Notes: generated by a model from the sequence alone, not told the origin. Shown: positions 26,984-38,244, numbered from the whole stretch's first letter. The stretch is DNA of 62,924 nt, filler included, from Octopus bimaculoides (GCF_001194135.2; 4 parts of 4 records of this genome joined end to end with filler, not necessarily neighbours in it); one strand, 5' to 3'. Made by a program: numbers and translations.

Positions 26984-28426
26984 TTATTTGTCATAATGAA
27001 GGAAAGCAAAAGATTGACGTCCAGGAATAATTCCAAAAACCATAAAAGAATTTTCTGAAACATCCAAACCAAGAACTTCACAAACTTCATTATCATCCCA
27101 TCTGAGGAGTAAATATTTTGGATTATCTTTTAATCTCAGGATTTCAATTTTTTTATATGTTTCCTCTTCAATATGTCGAGGTATTTCGTAAATATTGTTT
27201 CTTCTATCTGTTATATAAACACATTCACCAATTGTGATTAGACGACGTCTTGTAATATAATAATCCAGACTAATATATATTCTTTTTATTATTCTTATCC
27301 TCCTCACCAAAGACTTTTCCCTGAACCATTCCACAAAACACCAACCATTCCACCTTCCAGACTACTCCTTCTCCCTCCTCAAAACAACAACATCACCAAA
27401 AGATGTGACTCCCACATCATCTACCACCGAATCTCCCTCCAACCTTAAATATCTCCACGTCTCCCCCCAACACACTTCATCTTTACATTTCCCATCTTTC
27501 ATATCAACCACATCCACATAATAAGGGTCAAAGATGTCGGGGTCTTTCCAATAATAGTAAACCTTGTTGTTTTCCCATTCTCTTAGGTATTCCTCTTCTC
27601 TCTCTTCTTGAGTTAGGTCTCTAATATAATGACCACCACACACGAGTTGATTGTCATTGTATTTATAAATCGTGTTGTAGTATTTCTCAGTTCTGATGGT
27701 TTTTAAACAACAGAGATCCCTGTTGAAGACCCTCATTTCTCTCCCAAAGGCGACAATGAAACATTCATCTGTCTACCAACATATGTCCAGTGGTGGTTGT
27801 TGTTGTTGAAGTATGTCCACTGTTGTTGTTGTTGTTGTTCTGATTAATGTGACACTTTCTCGAAATATCAACACACTCACATTCTCATTTAACTTAATTA
27901 GTCTACTGTTCCGGTCCCTAATGTCCATCAAATCATAATTAACAGGTTCCTCAAATGCAGGAATGGTAAAAGGGACCATTGCTGTTCTATATGGAAGTCT
28001 CCTCACTGATATTTCATCAATTCCTGCATTACTAATCTCTGCTATGTAATTCCCACATCTCACCTTTAATCTACCTTTACTAATTATTTCACCTGATTTA
28101 CCTCTTCTTCCTCCATCTCCTCCACTGTATTTCAATTTATCAATTAATTCATTACTGAATATTTCCTTGTTCGTTTCAGATATAATGGAAGGGAAACGAA
28201 GACCGGAATCAAGATTTGATAACGACACAGATTCCAGAATGTTCATTTGGTCCCCATCAATCTTTATGCAATGACATTCAATCAATTCAATATGTTGACA
28301 CCAGTAAATACCCCCCACTTTTCTCCATATTACACCATAAGGGATGAGACTTGGCCAAACTTTGAATTTCTGCAAATCTTTTCCATTCAGTTGAAATATT
28401 TCGTTTCTTTTAGGAACCGTGGCCAT
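26984..28426 (-). pseudogene. Intronless 481-codon frame, possible NHL/beta-propeller-like protein, with two in-frame TAG (codons 218 and 355)
   Basis: The ORFs at 27773.., 27362.. and 26984.. are in one frame: ...PPLDICW*TDECFIVAFGREMRVF... and ...VLRREKE*SGRWNGWCFVEWFREK.... ATG is at 28426 (context ATAATGG), TAA at 26984-26986 and ATTAAA at 26964-26969. The fold is inferred from repeated short beta-strand-like motifs only. Confidence 0.75.
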
Positions 28427-28585
28427 TATGTNNNNNNNNNNNNNNNNNNNNNNNNNNNNNNNNNNNNNNNNNNNNNNNNNNNNNNNNNNNNNNNNNNNNN
28501 NNNNNNNNNNNNNNNNNNNNNNNNNNNNNNNATGCATGTGAGATCTTTATGACTTGTGCGAGATTTCACTGTTATTTCTAGAACC

Positions 28586-29238
28586 GATTTTTCCCTCATA
28601 ACTTTCAGGATAATCGATATATATTGGTGAAATTTTATAGAAATACCGTTCAAATGGTACAGATTACGATTATAAAGAAATTTCTGGGGAAAATGTTTTC
28701 CGAAGGGATGAGGAGAGGACTATCGGAAATTACACACGATCCGTTTATGCTCATAAATTTCAGGATCTAGTTTAGCACCTGGTCACTAAAACGAAAAAAA
28801 ACAAAAAAAAAACAGTCTAGTAGGTGTGGAAAAAAAAANNNNNNNNNNAAAAAAAAAAAAAACGGATAGTGGGAACTTTACACTCTTCGGAAAACATTTT
28901 CCCCGCAAATTTCTTTACAATCGTAATCTATGCTGTTTGAAAGGCGCTTCTGTAAAATTTCATTAAAAGATAACTATTTTCCTGAAAGTTTTGAAGGAAA
29001 AAATCGGATCGTGTGAATTTTCCGAAAGTCCTCTAATCCCACCCACCCCTCGTTCGTTTGTTCAAATTTTTCCTTACATATTCGTTTTCTACACGTTCTT
29101 GTACACCTATTAGACTGTTTCTTTTTTTCCGTCTTGGTGACTGGGTGCTAAAGTAGATCCTGAAATTTATGAGCATAAACGGATCGTGTGAACTTTCAGA
29201 CAATCCTCTCCCCACCGCTTCAGAAAACATTTTCCCCA
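28586..29238. repeat. Nested inverted and direct repeat block (transposon-like)
   Basis: Forward arm 28586-28830 has reverse-complement copies at ~28863-29000 and ~29100-29238. The motif cggatcgtgtgaa(c/t)ttt recurs at 28863 (variant), 29006 and 29180. Confidence 0.8.
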
Positions 29239-30199
29239 TATTAGTTTGTTGTGTGTTTTAGTTTCAGAAATATTCTGAAGCACACTCCAATCACTGAAAT
29301 GTTCTGTAAGAATCCAGTATTTTATTCTAATTTATGGAAGGTTTGTTTCTTGATATAAGTACAGATGTGTGCCGAAACCATTAGTAATTTGTTTTTTTAT
29401 TAACTTGTCCAAGGTGTCATGCAATTGAATTGAACTTGGAACCATCTAGTTGGGGTTAAAGCTTCTTACCACACAGCCACGTCTGAGCCAATTTTTGCAG
29501 TTTTTAGAAATAAAATAATTTTTCAAACTCATAAATTCCATTACAACAAAAACCAAAAAAATAAAAAGAAAAAATATCAAAACAAGATATTATCTTACAA
29601 TATTATTCTTTTTGTTTCTGTCAATTTTTGGGCGTTTCTGATGCTTTTGTTAGGGAGGTAATGATTGGAATGGAGACAAAGTCAGAAATAGTGGACTCAA
29701 TGAAAAAAGTAAAAGAAATACAATTGAAGGAGATAGATAGGGCGATGATATATATTCTACATTATGTGGTGACATGACCTACTAGATGTAAATTTCACTT
29801 TTCATTTATGNNNNNNNNNNNNNNNNNNNNNNNNNNNNNNNNNNNNNNNNNNNNNNNNNNNNNNNNNNNNNNNNNNNNNNNNNNNNNNNNNNNNNNNNNN
29901 NNNNNNNNNNCCCTACCCTGTCACAAAAATTGAAAAAAAAAAAAAATAGTGTACTAGGTGTAAAATAATGTGTAGTAAATGAATACAAAGGAAAGTACCA
30001 TTCGAGCATGATTGATGCCAGTGCCACCTGACTGGCCCCTGCACCAGTGGCACTTGAAAAGCACCCATTATACTCTCATCCAGTGATTTTAAGAGGTAGG
30101 AAAAAGATATAGTTTTAATATTATACTTTTACTTCATTTCACTTATACATGCAAAAACTCTAACATGTTTATTTTTAAATGAATATATCATTCGTTATC

Positions 30200-30420
30200 T
30201 CTCCACACACTTATTGGAAGATGGCAAAGAACTAAGAAATACCATCAGAGAGGCAGTAGCATTTAGAATGCCCCGTCAGTTACTCAATTTGTTTGCAATG
30301 ATTTGCTTATTTAACCATCCTCAAAATGCCCTTCAAATATGGAATGATTACACAGAGCACTTACAGAACATGATACAGCCACTGCTGAAAATCTGGCTTT
30401 ACATTCATTGAGTGGCATAT
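30200..30420 (+). mobile_element. Helitron Rep/helicase protein fragment
   Basis: LEDGKELRNTIREAVAFRMPRQLLNLFAMICLFNHPQNALQIWNDY matches the Helitron LxDDxEWxxxLxEAxxxxxPxQLRxLFAxI motif. Confidence 0.7.
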
Positions 30421-31289
30421 TCTGGGAACATGGAACCTCGAGCAGCAAGTTTGGTTTGTCAGAACCCATTGCAGAAACATTTACAAAGGATAATGACATG
30501 TCAGTTTGGGTTGTAAAATGATGGTGATGATGATGACCTGCAAAACAAGTTCCTGCTAAGAAAACCATTTTCCCATTCTTTCGTGTGTCAGGCAGAGATC
30601 TTTCGGCCAGATGCTCTTCCTGTTATCAACCATTACCAGTTTCCAAGCAAGGTAGTACTTCCTCATGTCTGGATATACTTTTATGTTGATGTGCATTGAT
30701 ATGTGTTACATGATGTGAAGACACACACTCACACACAGGACAGATTCTGTCTACCAAATCTACTCAGATGGCTTTAGATGCACTAGTGCCATTAAAGAAG
30801 ACACTTGCTCAAGGTGATGCTCTGGGATTGAACTTGAAACCACATGAGTGGAAATCCAAGTTCTTAATTTGTTTTCCAATTTTGTTGGTTTTTCATCATT
30901 CATCAGTGTTTATTCCTGTTTGATCTGTCATGAAAATCGTACATCCTGTCACTCTCCATGTGATCACGCGACCAACTAGAAATAACAGCACCTTTCCCTT
31001 AAATTTCTCCTACAGGTTATGAATGTTGAAGACTGTATTGGATGATGTTATAGAAATAGACAGGAAATTCATGGATGGAATGTCTTTAATCACATGTCTG
31101 CTCAGTCAGAGATGATCTGGACTAAACAGCAATGTCAAGTTCTATTTCTGCAGAAAGACTAATGCTAGTGTCCACTATTCTGTTGTTTTATTTTAAAACT
31201 GTTACACATTGTGAAGGTGTCAGTTTAGATTACAAAATATGTCAGCTTCACACAAGATTCTGTGATGTAAATTTTGATAAATTAAAATG

Positions 31290-31600
31290 GTGAGTTCACC
31301 ATCATCATATAACGTCCATTGTCTATGTTGGCATGGTTGGATGGTTTGAGCAGAGCTGGGAAGCTCCAGCAGACTCCAGTTTGATTCCTCATGGTTTCTA
31401 CAGTTGGATGCCCTTCCTAATGCCAACCACTTCACAGTGCACAGGGTGCTTTATATGGCACTTCACAGGCACTTTTACGTGGCACCACACAGTTGCTTTA
31501 ACATGATGGCACTTTTATATGGCACTGCATGTCTGCTTTTATGTGGAGCAGTCACAAGTGCTTTTTGCCACCAGAGGGATGAGTGTGAATACTTCCGCTG
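31290..31600 (-). mobile_element. SINE (family C)
   Basis: catcatcatataacgtccatt...ggatgcccttcctaatgccaaccac... Confidence 0.65.
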
Positions 31601-31849
31601 TGGAGTACGGGTCTTCTTGGTTACAGTGAGGTGCCGGGCATCTTGTTTCTCATATCACCTGAAGGTTTCAGCATCCTAAGTTAATTTATCAGCCCTTCCT
31701 CCCATGTCTTCCTGGGTGTCCCACTTCCATGTGTCCCATCTACTTTGAGAGTTCAGCACTTCCTTATGAAGCTGTTGTCATCCAGCTCAGTTGATCTCAT
31801 TAGAAATGAATTTGTATTGTTTAAGGAACCTCAACATCTTACACTGTTG

Positions 31850-31866
31850 TTTCTCTCTAATTTCAG
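31850..31866 (+). promoter_or_regulatory. Candidate 3' splice acceptor of the ZNF terminal exon (5'UTR and CDS from 31867)
   Basis: Polypyrimidine tract tttctctctaatttcAG lies 353 nt upstream of the ATG. Confidence 0.5.
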
Positions 31867-32219
31867 AACATCAGACAACATTGACATAACAGAAGAAACA
31901 TCCTCAATATCTACCATGTTTTAGAGACTAAAAAAAAATATTATACAAAAAAGATGCCTAAGATTGTTTTATACAAATCTGGAAAAATTCTTGTGAAACA
32001 TTTGCTGTTAAATAATATTAGCAGAATTTCTGAACATCACCAACTGGAGTGTCAAGAAGAGGAGCGTGTGTGTTGATTGAAGTTGGACAAATTTATTTAA
32101 GTGTTGCTAAACAAAGGTAACACTGGACAGAAATACAACAGTAGAAGTGTTTGTAAGGATTATCGTAATAAGAACAAAATGAAGAAAAATATATAAATAG
32201 GGATTTCAGAGGAAAAATA

Positions 32220-33218
32220 ATGGAAAAGAGTGACAAAAGTATACAATTGATTTCCCCTGAATCCATGACAACAGAGATGATATCATACGAATGTGATGTC
32301 TGTACAAAGTCCTTCCTTCAAAAAATTGACCTACTTAGGCACAAACGTATTCACACAGGAGAGAAACTGTATCATTGTGATATCTGTGGTAAATCATTCT
32401 CTTGCAGTAGTAAGTTATCTACACACAAACGTTCTCATACAGGAGAGAAGCCATATCATTGTGATATCTGTGGTAAATCTTTCTCTCAAAATAATCACCT
32501 AACTCATCACAAACGTATTCATGCAGGAGAGAAACCATATCATTGTGATATCTGTGGTAAATCTTTCTCTCAAAATAATCATCTAACTGATCACAAACGT
32601 ATTCATGCAGGAGAGAAACCATATCATTGTGATATCTGTGGTAATTCATTCTCTTGTAGTGGTAGCCTTACTGTGCACAAACGTACTCATACAGGAGAGA
32701 GACCATATCACTGTGATATCTGTGGTAAAGCATTCTCTCAAAATACTACCTTAAAGAAACACAAAAATATTCATACTGGGGAGAAACCATATCACTGTGA
32801 TATTTGTGGTAAATCATTCTCTCAAAGTATTCACTTAACTGAACACAAACATATTCATACAGGAGAGAAACCATATCATTGTGATATCTGTGGTAAAGCA
32901 TTCTCTCGTAATAGTGACTTAACTAGACACATACGTATTCATACAGGAGAGAAACCATATCATTGTGATATTTGTGGTAAATCATTCTCGGAAAATATTG
33001 CCTTAACAAAACACATACGTACTCATACAGGAGAGAAGCCATATCACTGTGATATTTGTGGTAAGCCATTCTCTGACAATACTGCCTTAGCAACACACAA
33101 ACGTATTCATACAGGAGAGAAACCATATCATTGTGATATTTGTGGTAAATCATTCTCTCAAAATAGTAACTTAATGAGGCACAAACATATTCATATTAGG
33201 GAGAAAGGAAAAGGGTAG
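32220..33218 (+). CDS. Tandem C2H2 zinc-finger protein, 11 fingers, 332 aa, with no recognisable effector domain
   Basis: 11 repeats of [23 protein letters not shown] with TGEKP/AGEKP linkers in an intact ORF. This is typical of the expanded cephalopod C2H2 family. Confidence 0.95.
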   Translation: MEKSDKSIQLISPESMTTEMISYECDVCTKSFLQKIDLLRHKRIHTGEKLYHCDICGKSFSCSSKLSTHKRSHTGEKPYHCDICGKSFSQNNHLTHHKRIHAGEKPYHCDICGKSFSQNNHLTDHKRIHAGEKPYHCDICGNSFSCSGSLTVHKRTHTGERPYHCDICGKAFSQNTTLKKHKNIHTGEKPYHCDICGKSFSQSIHLTEHKHIHTGEKPYHCDICGKAFSRNSDLTRHIRIHTGEKPYHCDICGKSFSENIALTKHIRTHTGEKPYHCDICGKPFSDNTALATHKRIHTGEKPYHCDICGKSFSQNSNLMRHKHIHIREKGKG

Positions 33219-33422
33219 TTTCTTGTTTGCTATATATGTTTAATATTCCTGTGTTTTATGCAATTTTTTCTTTCTGCTGCTTCCTTCACCATTCATACAT
33301 TCCCTTTTTCCATGGTGCTGTCGATGTTTGGTTATCTTCGCCAGAAATATTTGTCATGATATAATTGAGAAGGCTGCAGACTGGTGTGAAATATACACAA
33401 ACACCTCACAAATATAACAATA

Positions 33423-34177
33423 CTAGCAGAGGCACCTGGCGTTGCTCGGGAATGAAATTGTTGCTTATATTCTTGAAGAAAAAAAGACAAAATATGCTGT
33501 ATAGAAATTTGAGAGGACATTCTGTAGATGGACTCTCAGATGAATGATGGCTGGGCGCTTCTCATGAATGGGGAAAATTGAAGATGTGCCAAAAAGCCTC
33601 ATTGGTACTTGGAAACTTTTACGAAAATTAAAATGGGGATTAAATGAAAAAAATGATTTACGTGAATATCCTCACAAGAGTAATTGAAATAAATGGCGAT
33701 TGTGGNNNNNNNNNNNNNNNNNNNNNNNNNNNNNNNNNNNNNNNNNNNNNNNNNNNNNNNNNNNNNNNNNNNNNNNNNNNNNNNNNNNGCGCATACACAC
33801 GTGTGTCTTTGTAAATATGTTTGTATACATTTATGTATGTGTGTGTTTGTAAGAGACAGAGTGTGAGTGAGTCAAGGGGTGTGTGTGTGCATGTGTATGT
33901 AGTATTTACTCTCTCTCTCATACACACTCACACACAAAATAGAGAGTGAAGGTTTTTGCCGTTGTTACGTCAATACCGGAAGTTGACATTGAGGAACCTT
34001 TTTAAAGAAGTGAATCTTAAATATAAAGCAATATTATTTATTAAAAAATCAAATGAAGAGCCTAAGTTTTATCCGAGGTCAAATTATTCACGCATCACAA
34101 GTAAGGAAGCATTTGGTGAAGTCGATTTCACGTGAAAAGCGATTACACACACATCTTTGTTTTATATATAGTATAGA
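33423..34177 (-). mobile_element. Non-autonomous Helitron inserted in the ZNF 3' region
   Basis: 5' end A|TCTATACTATATATAAAAC at 34177 and 3' end CCCGAGCAACGCCAGG...GCTAG|T at 33423, inserted between A and T. The paralogous block at ~25213 shows the empty site (acaata|tcagtgtc). Confidence 0.85.
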
Positions 34178-34454
34178 TTAGTGTCAAGACACACTGACAG
34201 ATGAGAATTCTTGCAAAATAATTTCAAAATCTGTTAGACATTATTGATCTTAAAAGTATCCCAAAGGTAAGTTATCTCATCAGTGTAGTAATAGACAGAG
34301 CAATGTAAAATACATTGTTAGAAAGCTGTTGTATTTCTTTTCATGTATGAATAAATTTCAACTTACTGATTAGTGATTTGTTGTTTCATAAAGAAGGAAT
34401 TTTGACAGTAAACCATATTTCTGCATGCTATAAGAGGCAAGTAAGAGGTTGCCA

Positions 34455-35490
34455 TCAAGAAAGTTCATCCAACTGTAAATAACAGCTAAAAAAAAAAACA
34501 GTCACAATGAATGGATTAATTTGTATACATGACCTTCTGAAAGCCAACAAACTGCTGTGTAGTAGAAGTTTCTGAAAATGTTCTCCCCTTTCTTCACAAA
34601 TGTAAGCAAATAATCTTGATTTAAGAAGTCTACTTTTGATGTAATTGACCATTTGAACCACTTCGTTTATAACTCTTCGTAAATCTTCGTAGCTATAGGT
34701 GCAGGAGTGGCTGTGTGGTAAGTAGTTTGCTTATCAACCACATGGTTCCAGGTTCATTCCCACTGCATGGCACCACTATTGCCTTGTGAGTGGATTTGGT
34801 AGATGAAAACTGAAAGAAGCCTGTCGTATGTATGTGTCTGTGTTTGTCCCCCCCCCCCNNNNNNNNNNNNNNNNNNNNNNNNNNNNNNNNNNNNNNNNNN
34901 NNNNNNNNNNNNNNNNNNNNNNNNNNNNNNNNNNNNNNNNNNNNNNNNNNNNNNNNNNNNNNNNNNNNNNNNNNNNNNNNNNNNNNNNNNNNNNNNNNNN
35001 NNNNNNNNNNNNNNNNNNNNNNNNNNNNNNNNNNNNNNNNNNNNNNNNNNNNNNNNNNNNNNCCCCGTAACTTAGTGGTTCAGCAGAAGCAACTGATAGA
35101 ATAAGTACTAGGCTTACAAAGAATAAGTCCTGGGGTTGATTTGCTCAACTAAAGGCACTGCTCCAGCATGGCCACAGTCAAATGACTGAAACAAGTAAAA
35201 AAAAAAAAACGAGGAAGAAATCACAGTTTGTACAATTAGTGCTTTGTGATGCAAAAATTGCTAAAATTGTAAAAACCTTTTGCTGAACCTACTATTGAGG
35301 GTGTGCCGTTTGTGCATATTCCTACACAGTTTAACCATAAATTATTTTCCTTCGTGAAGGAATTTAAAGCTTTAAGATTGTCTTCACCTCTAGTTCTCAA
35401 TGGAAGTTCTAGACAAGACAAGAATTGTCTTTTAAATCTTTTCATACATAACACTTCTTCATGTGATTTCTTCCATGGTGCTATTATCTA
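34455..35490 (-). mobile_element. hAT Buster/ZBED5-like transposase fragments split by a SINE
   Basis: FLSCLELPLRTRGEDNLKALNSF...CVGICTNGTPSIVG (35236-35454) and VVQMVNYIKSRLLKSRLFAYICEE...LLLHS (34455-34680). Confidence 0.8.
34698..35210 (+). mobile_element. tRNA-derived SINE (family A), with a central gap
   Basis: Head ggtgcaggagtggctgtgtggtaag...ggttcattccc (A/B-box-like) and tail ccagcatggccacagtcaaatgactgaaacaagtaaaa. Confidence 0.85.
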
Positions 35491-35732
35491 GGTCTTTTCT
35501 ACAGCTTTTCCATATATAAATTACCACATATGGATAGTTATGTTCGCATATCAATACAAATATGTCTAGTCAAGACATTACTGTCAGAGAATGCCGAAAT
35601 CACCGTTCAGTGAAAATATTTGACCCAAGATGACAAAGGATGGCCTGTTCAAGAAAGAACTAGGAGGGCATAGCCAGCATCGAAGTAGAACAACTTCCGA
35701 CAGGATGATCAATGCACTCAGATATAAATATT

Positions 35733-35897
35733 CTTTTCTGCTCTAGGCATAAAGCCTGAAATTTTTTGTGGAGGTTACCAGTCAATTACATCGACCCCAG
35801 TATGCAACTGGTACTTAACTTATCGACTCCTAAAGGCTGAAAGCAAAGTCGACTTCGGCGGAATTTGAACTCAGAACGTAACGGCAGACGAAATACC
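35733..35897 (-). mobile_element. SINE family B, 3' part (5' part at 37611-37669), split by the ORF1-only element
   Basis: It continues seamlessly into 37624 gctaagcatctcgcctggtgtgc... when aligned to the intact copy at 47575-47808. Confidence 0.8.
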
Positions 35898-37610
35898 AAT
35901 TTCTTTATTAAGCATAAAGCCCTAAACACAGATGCGGACACCACAAGGACAGACAAGACCACAGTGGGGACAAAAAACATAAAACGAATGTAAATGGGAT
36001 GAAATTATATAATAATGAAAAAAATGAAAATGGCCACACGGGCCCCACTCCCATGCGGTACCATTTGAACCATTATATGTACTATCTACAATTGTTCTTT
36101 TTTCCTACTTCATTACCTTTATTTTCCTAAAAATAACATCATTTAACATACATTATTTTTTCCTCTTCACCAGTAATATCTCTCAGATTCACTACTGGTG
36201 GCAACACCTTGAATTCTACCTCCACTCCTGGTGGGTTAACGCTATCTCCACACATCTCTTTCAATTTTCTGTAGTTTTCCTCTTCTATCAATATTGCCTT
36301 CACATCCTCTGCGAAGACGTATGAAGGCATCTTCACTCTTACTATTGAATTAAACTTAATAATCTCTTTTTTTTCTGTTTCAACATTCTTTGGGTATGTC
36401 ACATAATACCACACTCCATCTCCTCCTCGTATCTTCTTTCCTTTATCTTGTACTTTTTGTTCTCTTTTTCCTTCTTCTATCCTAAATAATCTCTCCAACT
36501 CTCCTTCCTGCACTTGTATTTCCGAATCCTCCTCCACTGGAACAACCGCTATCTTTATTGCTAACTCCACTTTCTTTTTACTTTCCCTTTTTTTATTCTT
36601 TCTTCCTGATCACCTTCACAGTTTCTTTTCTTACCTTTTCTCTCTTCTTTTTCTGCTTCTCTGGCAGAGAACTCATTCCTCTGCTCATTCTTCTTTTCTT
36701 TTTAACCATAGTAAATCCATTCTCTGTTTCTTCTTCTGTTACTATGACCTGGTCCACACTCTCCTGTCTCTCCACATGTTCTCTTTGGGTGCACCATGCC
36801 TTCATGTGGCCCCTCTCTCCACTTGAGAAACATATCGGCGGCCTTCCCTCTACACTGACTCTCAATCTTGCATCTTCTGGCAGTACAATCTCATCCACCA
36901 CTGTTCAAATCCTCCGTAGTTGCCTGAATCGTCAATTCAATACCGTATCCCCAGTAGTTTACTTTTTGGGTCCTGGTAGCCTTCAAAACCTTCCCATCCT
37001 TCATATCATATGTTATTGCTGTTATCAGCCATTCTTCCTTTAATTCGGGTGGCCCCTTACCCACTCGCACTTTGGTCACACGTTTGCCGCAGTACAAAGG
37101 CAGGAGCATCCATTCTTCTGACCTTATAGCCTCTGTGGAGTGCTTTATTGCTTCTTCCTCTGTTGTGAAGCGCACCTCCACAGTGGCGTATTTTCTCCCT
37201 CTCGTAATGTAAGTTGTAAGTCTTTTCAATTCCTTGATACTCTCTTCTATGGCTTCTATCAGCGCAACTTCTATTTTTCTTGTAGTTGTCTTCACGGTTT
37301 TAAATATCACAGTTCTTCTTAACACAATGGCTGAAATCTCTTCAGGTGGCGTTAGTTTCAGAGTGTTACTTTCTTTTGGGATTAATTTTTCACTCTCCTT
37401 CATCTTTCGAGGCTCCACCTTTATCTTGCGGACCTCCAACTCTTGCACGTTCACTCCTCTGCTCGTTGCGGTTGCATAACTTGGGCCTCCCTCCTGCATC
37501 TTCTCCATTTTCCCACAATGGGGAACAAAACAACAATTAACAACAGCAACAGTTCTAACAACAATTTAAATCAAATAACAATGCAATAAATATTTCAACA
37601 TAAACTCATT
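35898..37610 (-). mobile_element. Complete 1713-bp ORF1-only (HAL1-like) non-LTR retroelement with a degenerate gag-like ORF (37508 to 36139, two frameshifts)
   Basis: Flanked by a 13-bp TSD, cagacgaaatacc (35885-35897) and cagacgaacgacc (37611-37623). The ORF has an N-terminal SYATA, an RRM-like YATVEVRFTTEEEA and a knuckle CFSSGERGHMKAWC (second C to S). AATAAA lies 8 nt from the 3' end. There is no RT or endonuclease between the TSDs. Confidence 0.8.
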
Positions 37611-37669
37611 CAGACGAACGACCGCTAAGCATCTCGCCTGGTGTGCTAAAGTTTATGCAGCTCGCCGCC

Positions 37670-37979
37670 CTTGCTCGGATATAAATTGTTGTTTGTTGGC
37701 ACTCGGTCGCTTACGACGTCCAAGGTTCCAGTTGATCCGATCAACGGCACAGCCTGCTCGTGAAATTAACGTGCAAGTGGCTGAGCACTCCACAGACACG
37801 TGTACCCTTAACGTAGTTCTCGGGGGATATTCAGCGTGACACAGTGTGACAAGGCTGACCCTTTGAATTACAGGCACAACAGAAACAGGAAGTAAGAGTG
37901 AGAGAAAGTTGTGGTGGAAGAGTACAGCAGGGTTCGCCACCATCCCCTGCCGGAGCCTCGTGGGACTTTAGGAGTTTTC
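37670..37979. mobile_element. Common interspersed repeat (SINE-like), with a diverged copy at ~38480-38830
   Basis: The block ttccagttgatccgatcaacgg...gtggctgagcactccacagacacgtgtacccttaacgtagttctcggg... recurs in decayed form at 38480-38650. Confidence 0.55.
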
Positions 37980-38209
37980 NNNNNNNNNNNNNNNNNNNNN
38001 NNNNNNNNNNNNNNNNNNNNNNNTTAATTAATTAANNNNNNNNNNNNNNNNNNNNNNNNNNNNNNNNNNNNNNNNNNNNGTAGCTCGAAACGTCAAAGAC
38101 TTTCCGTATTCCCGAGCGTCATACTAATACATCCTTTTGTTATTTACACCACCTGTCCTCGTCTGTTGTTGTTTTTTCGTACATTCTCCCATATATATAT
38201 ATATATCTG

Positions 38210-38242
<33 letters not shown>

Positions 38243-38244
38243 AC

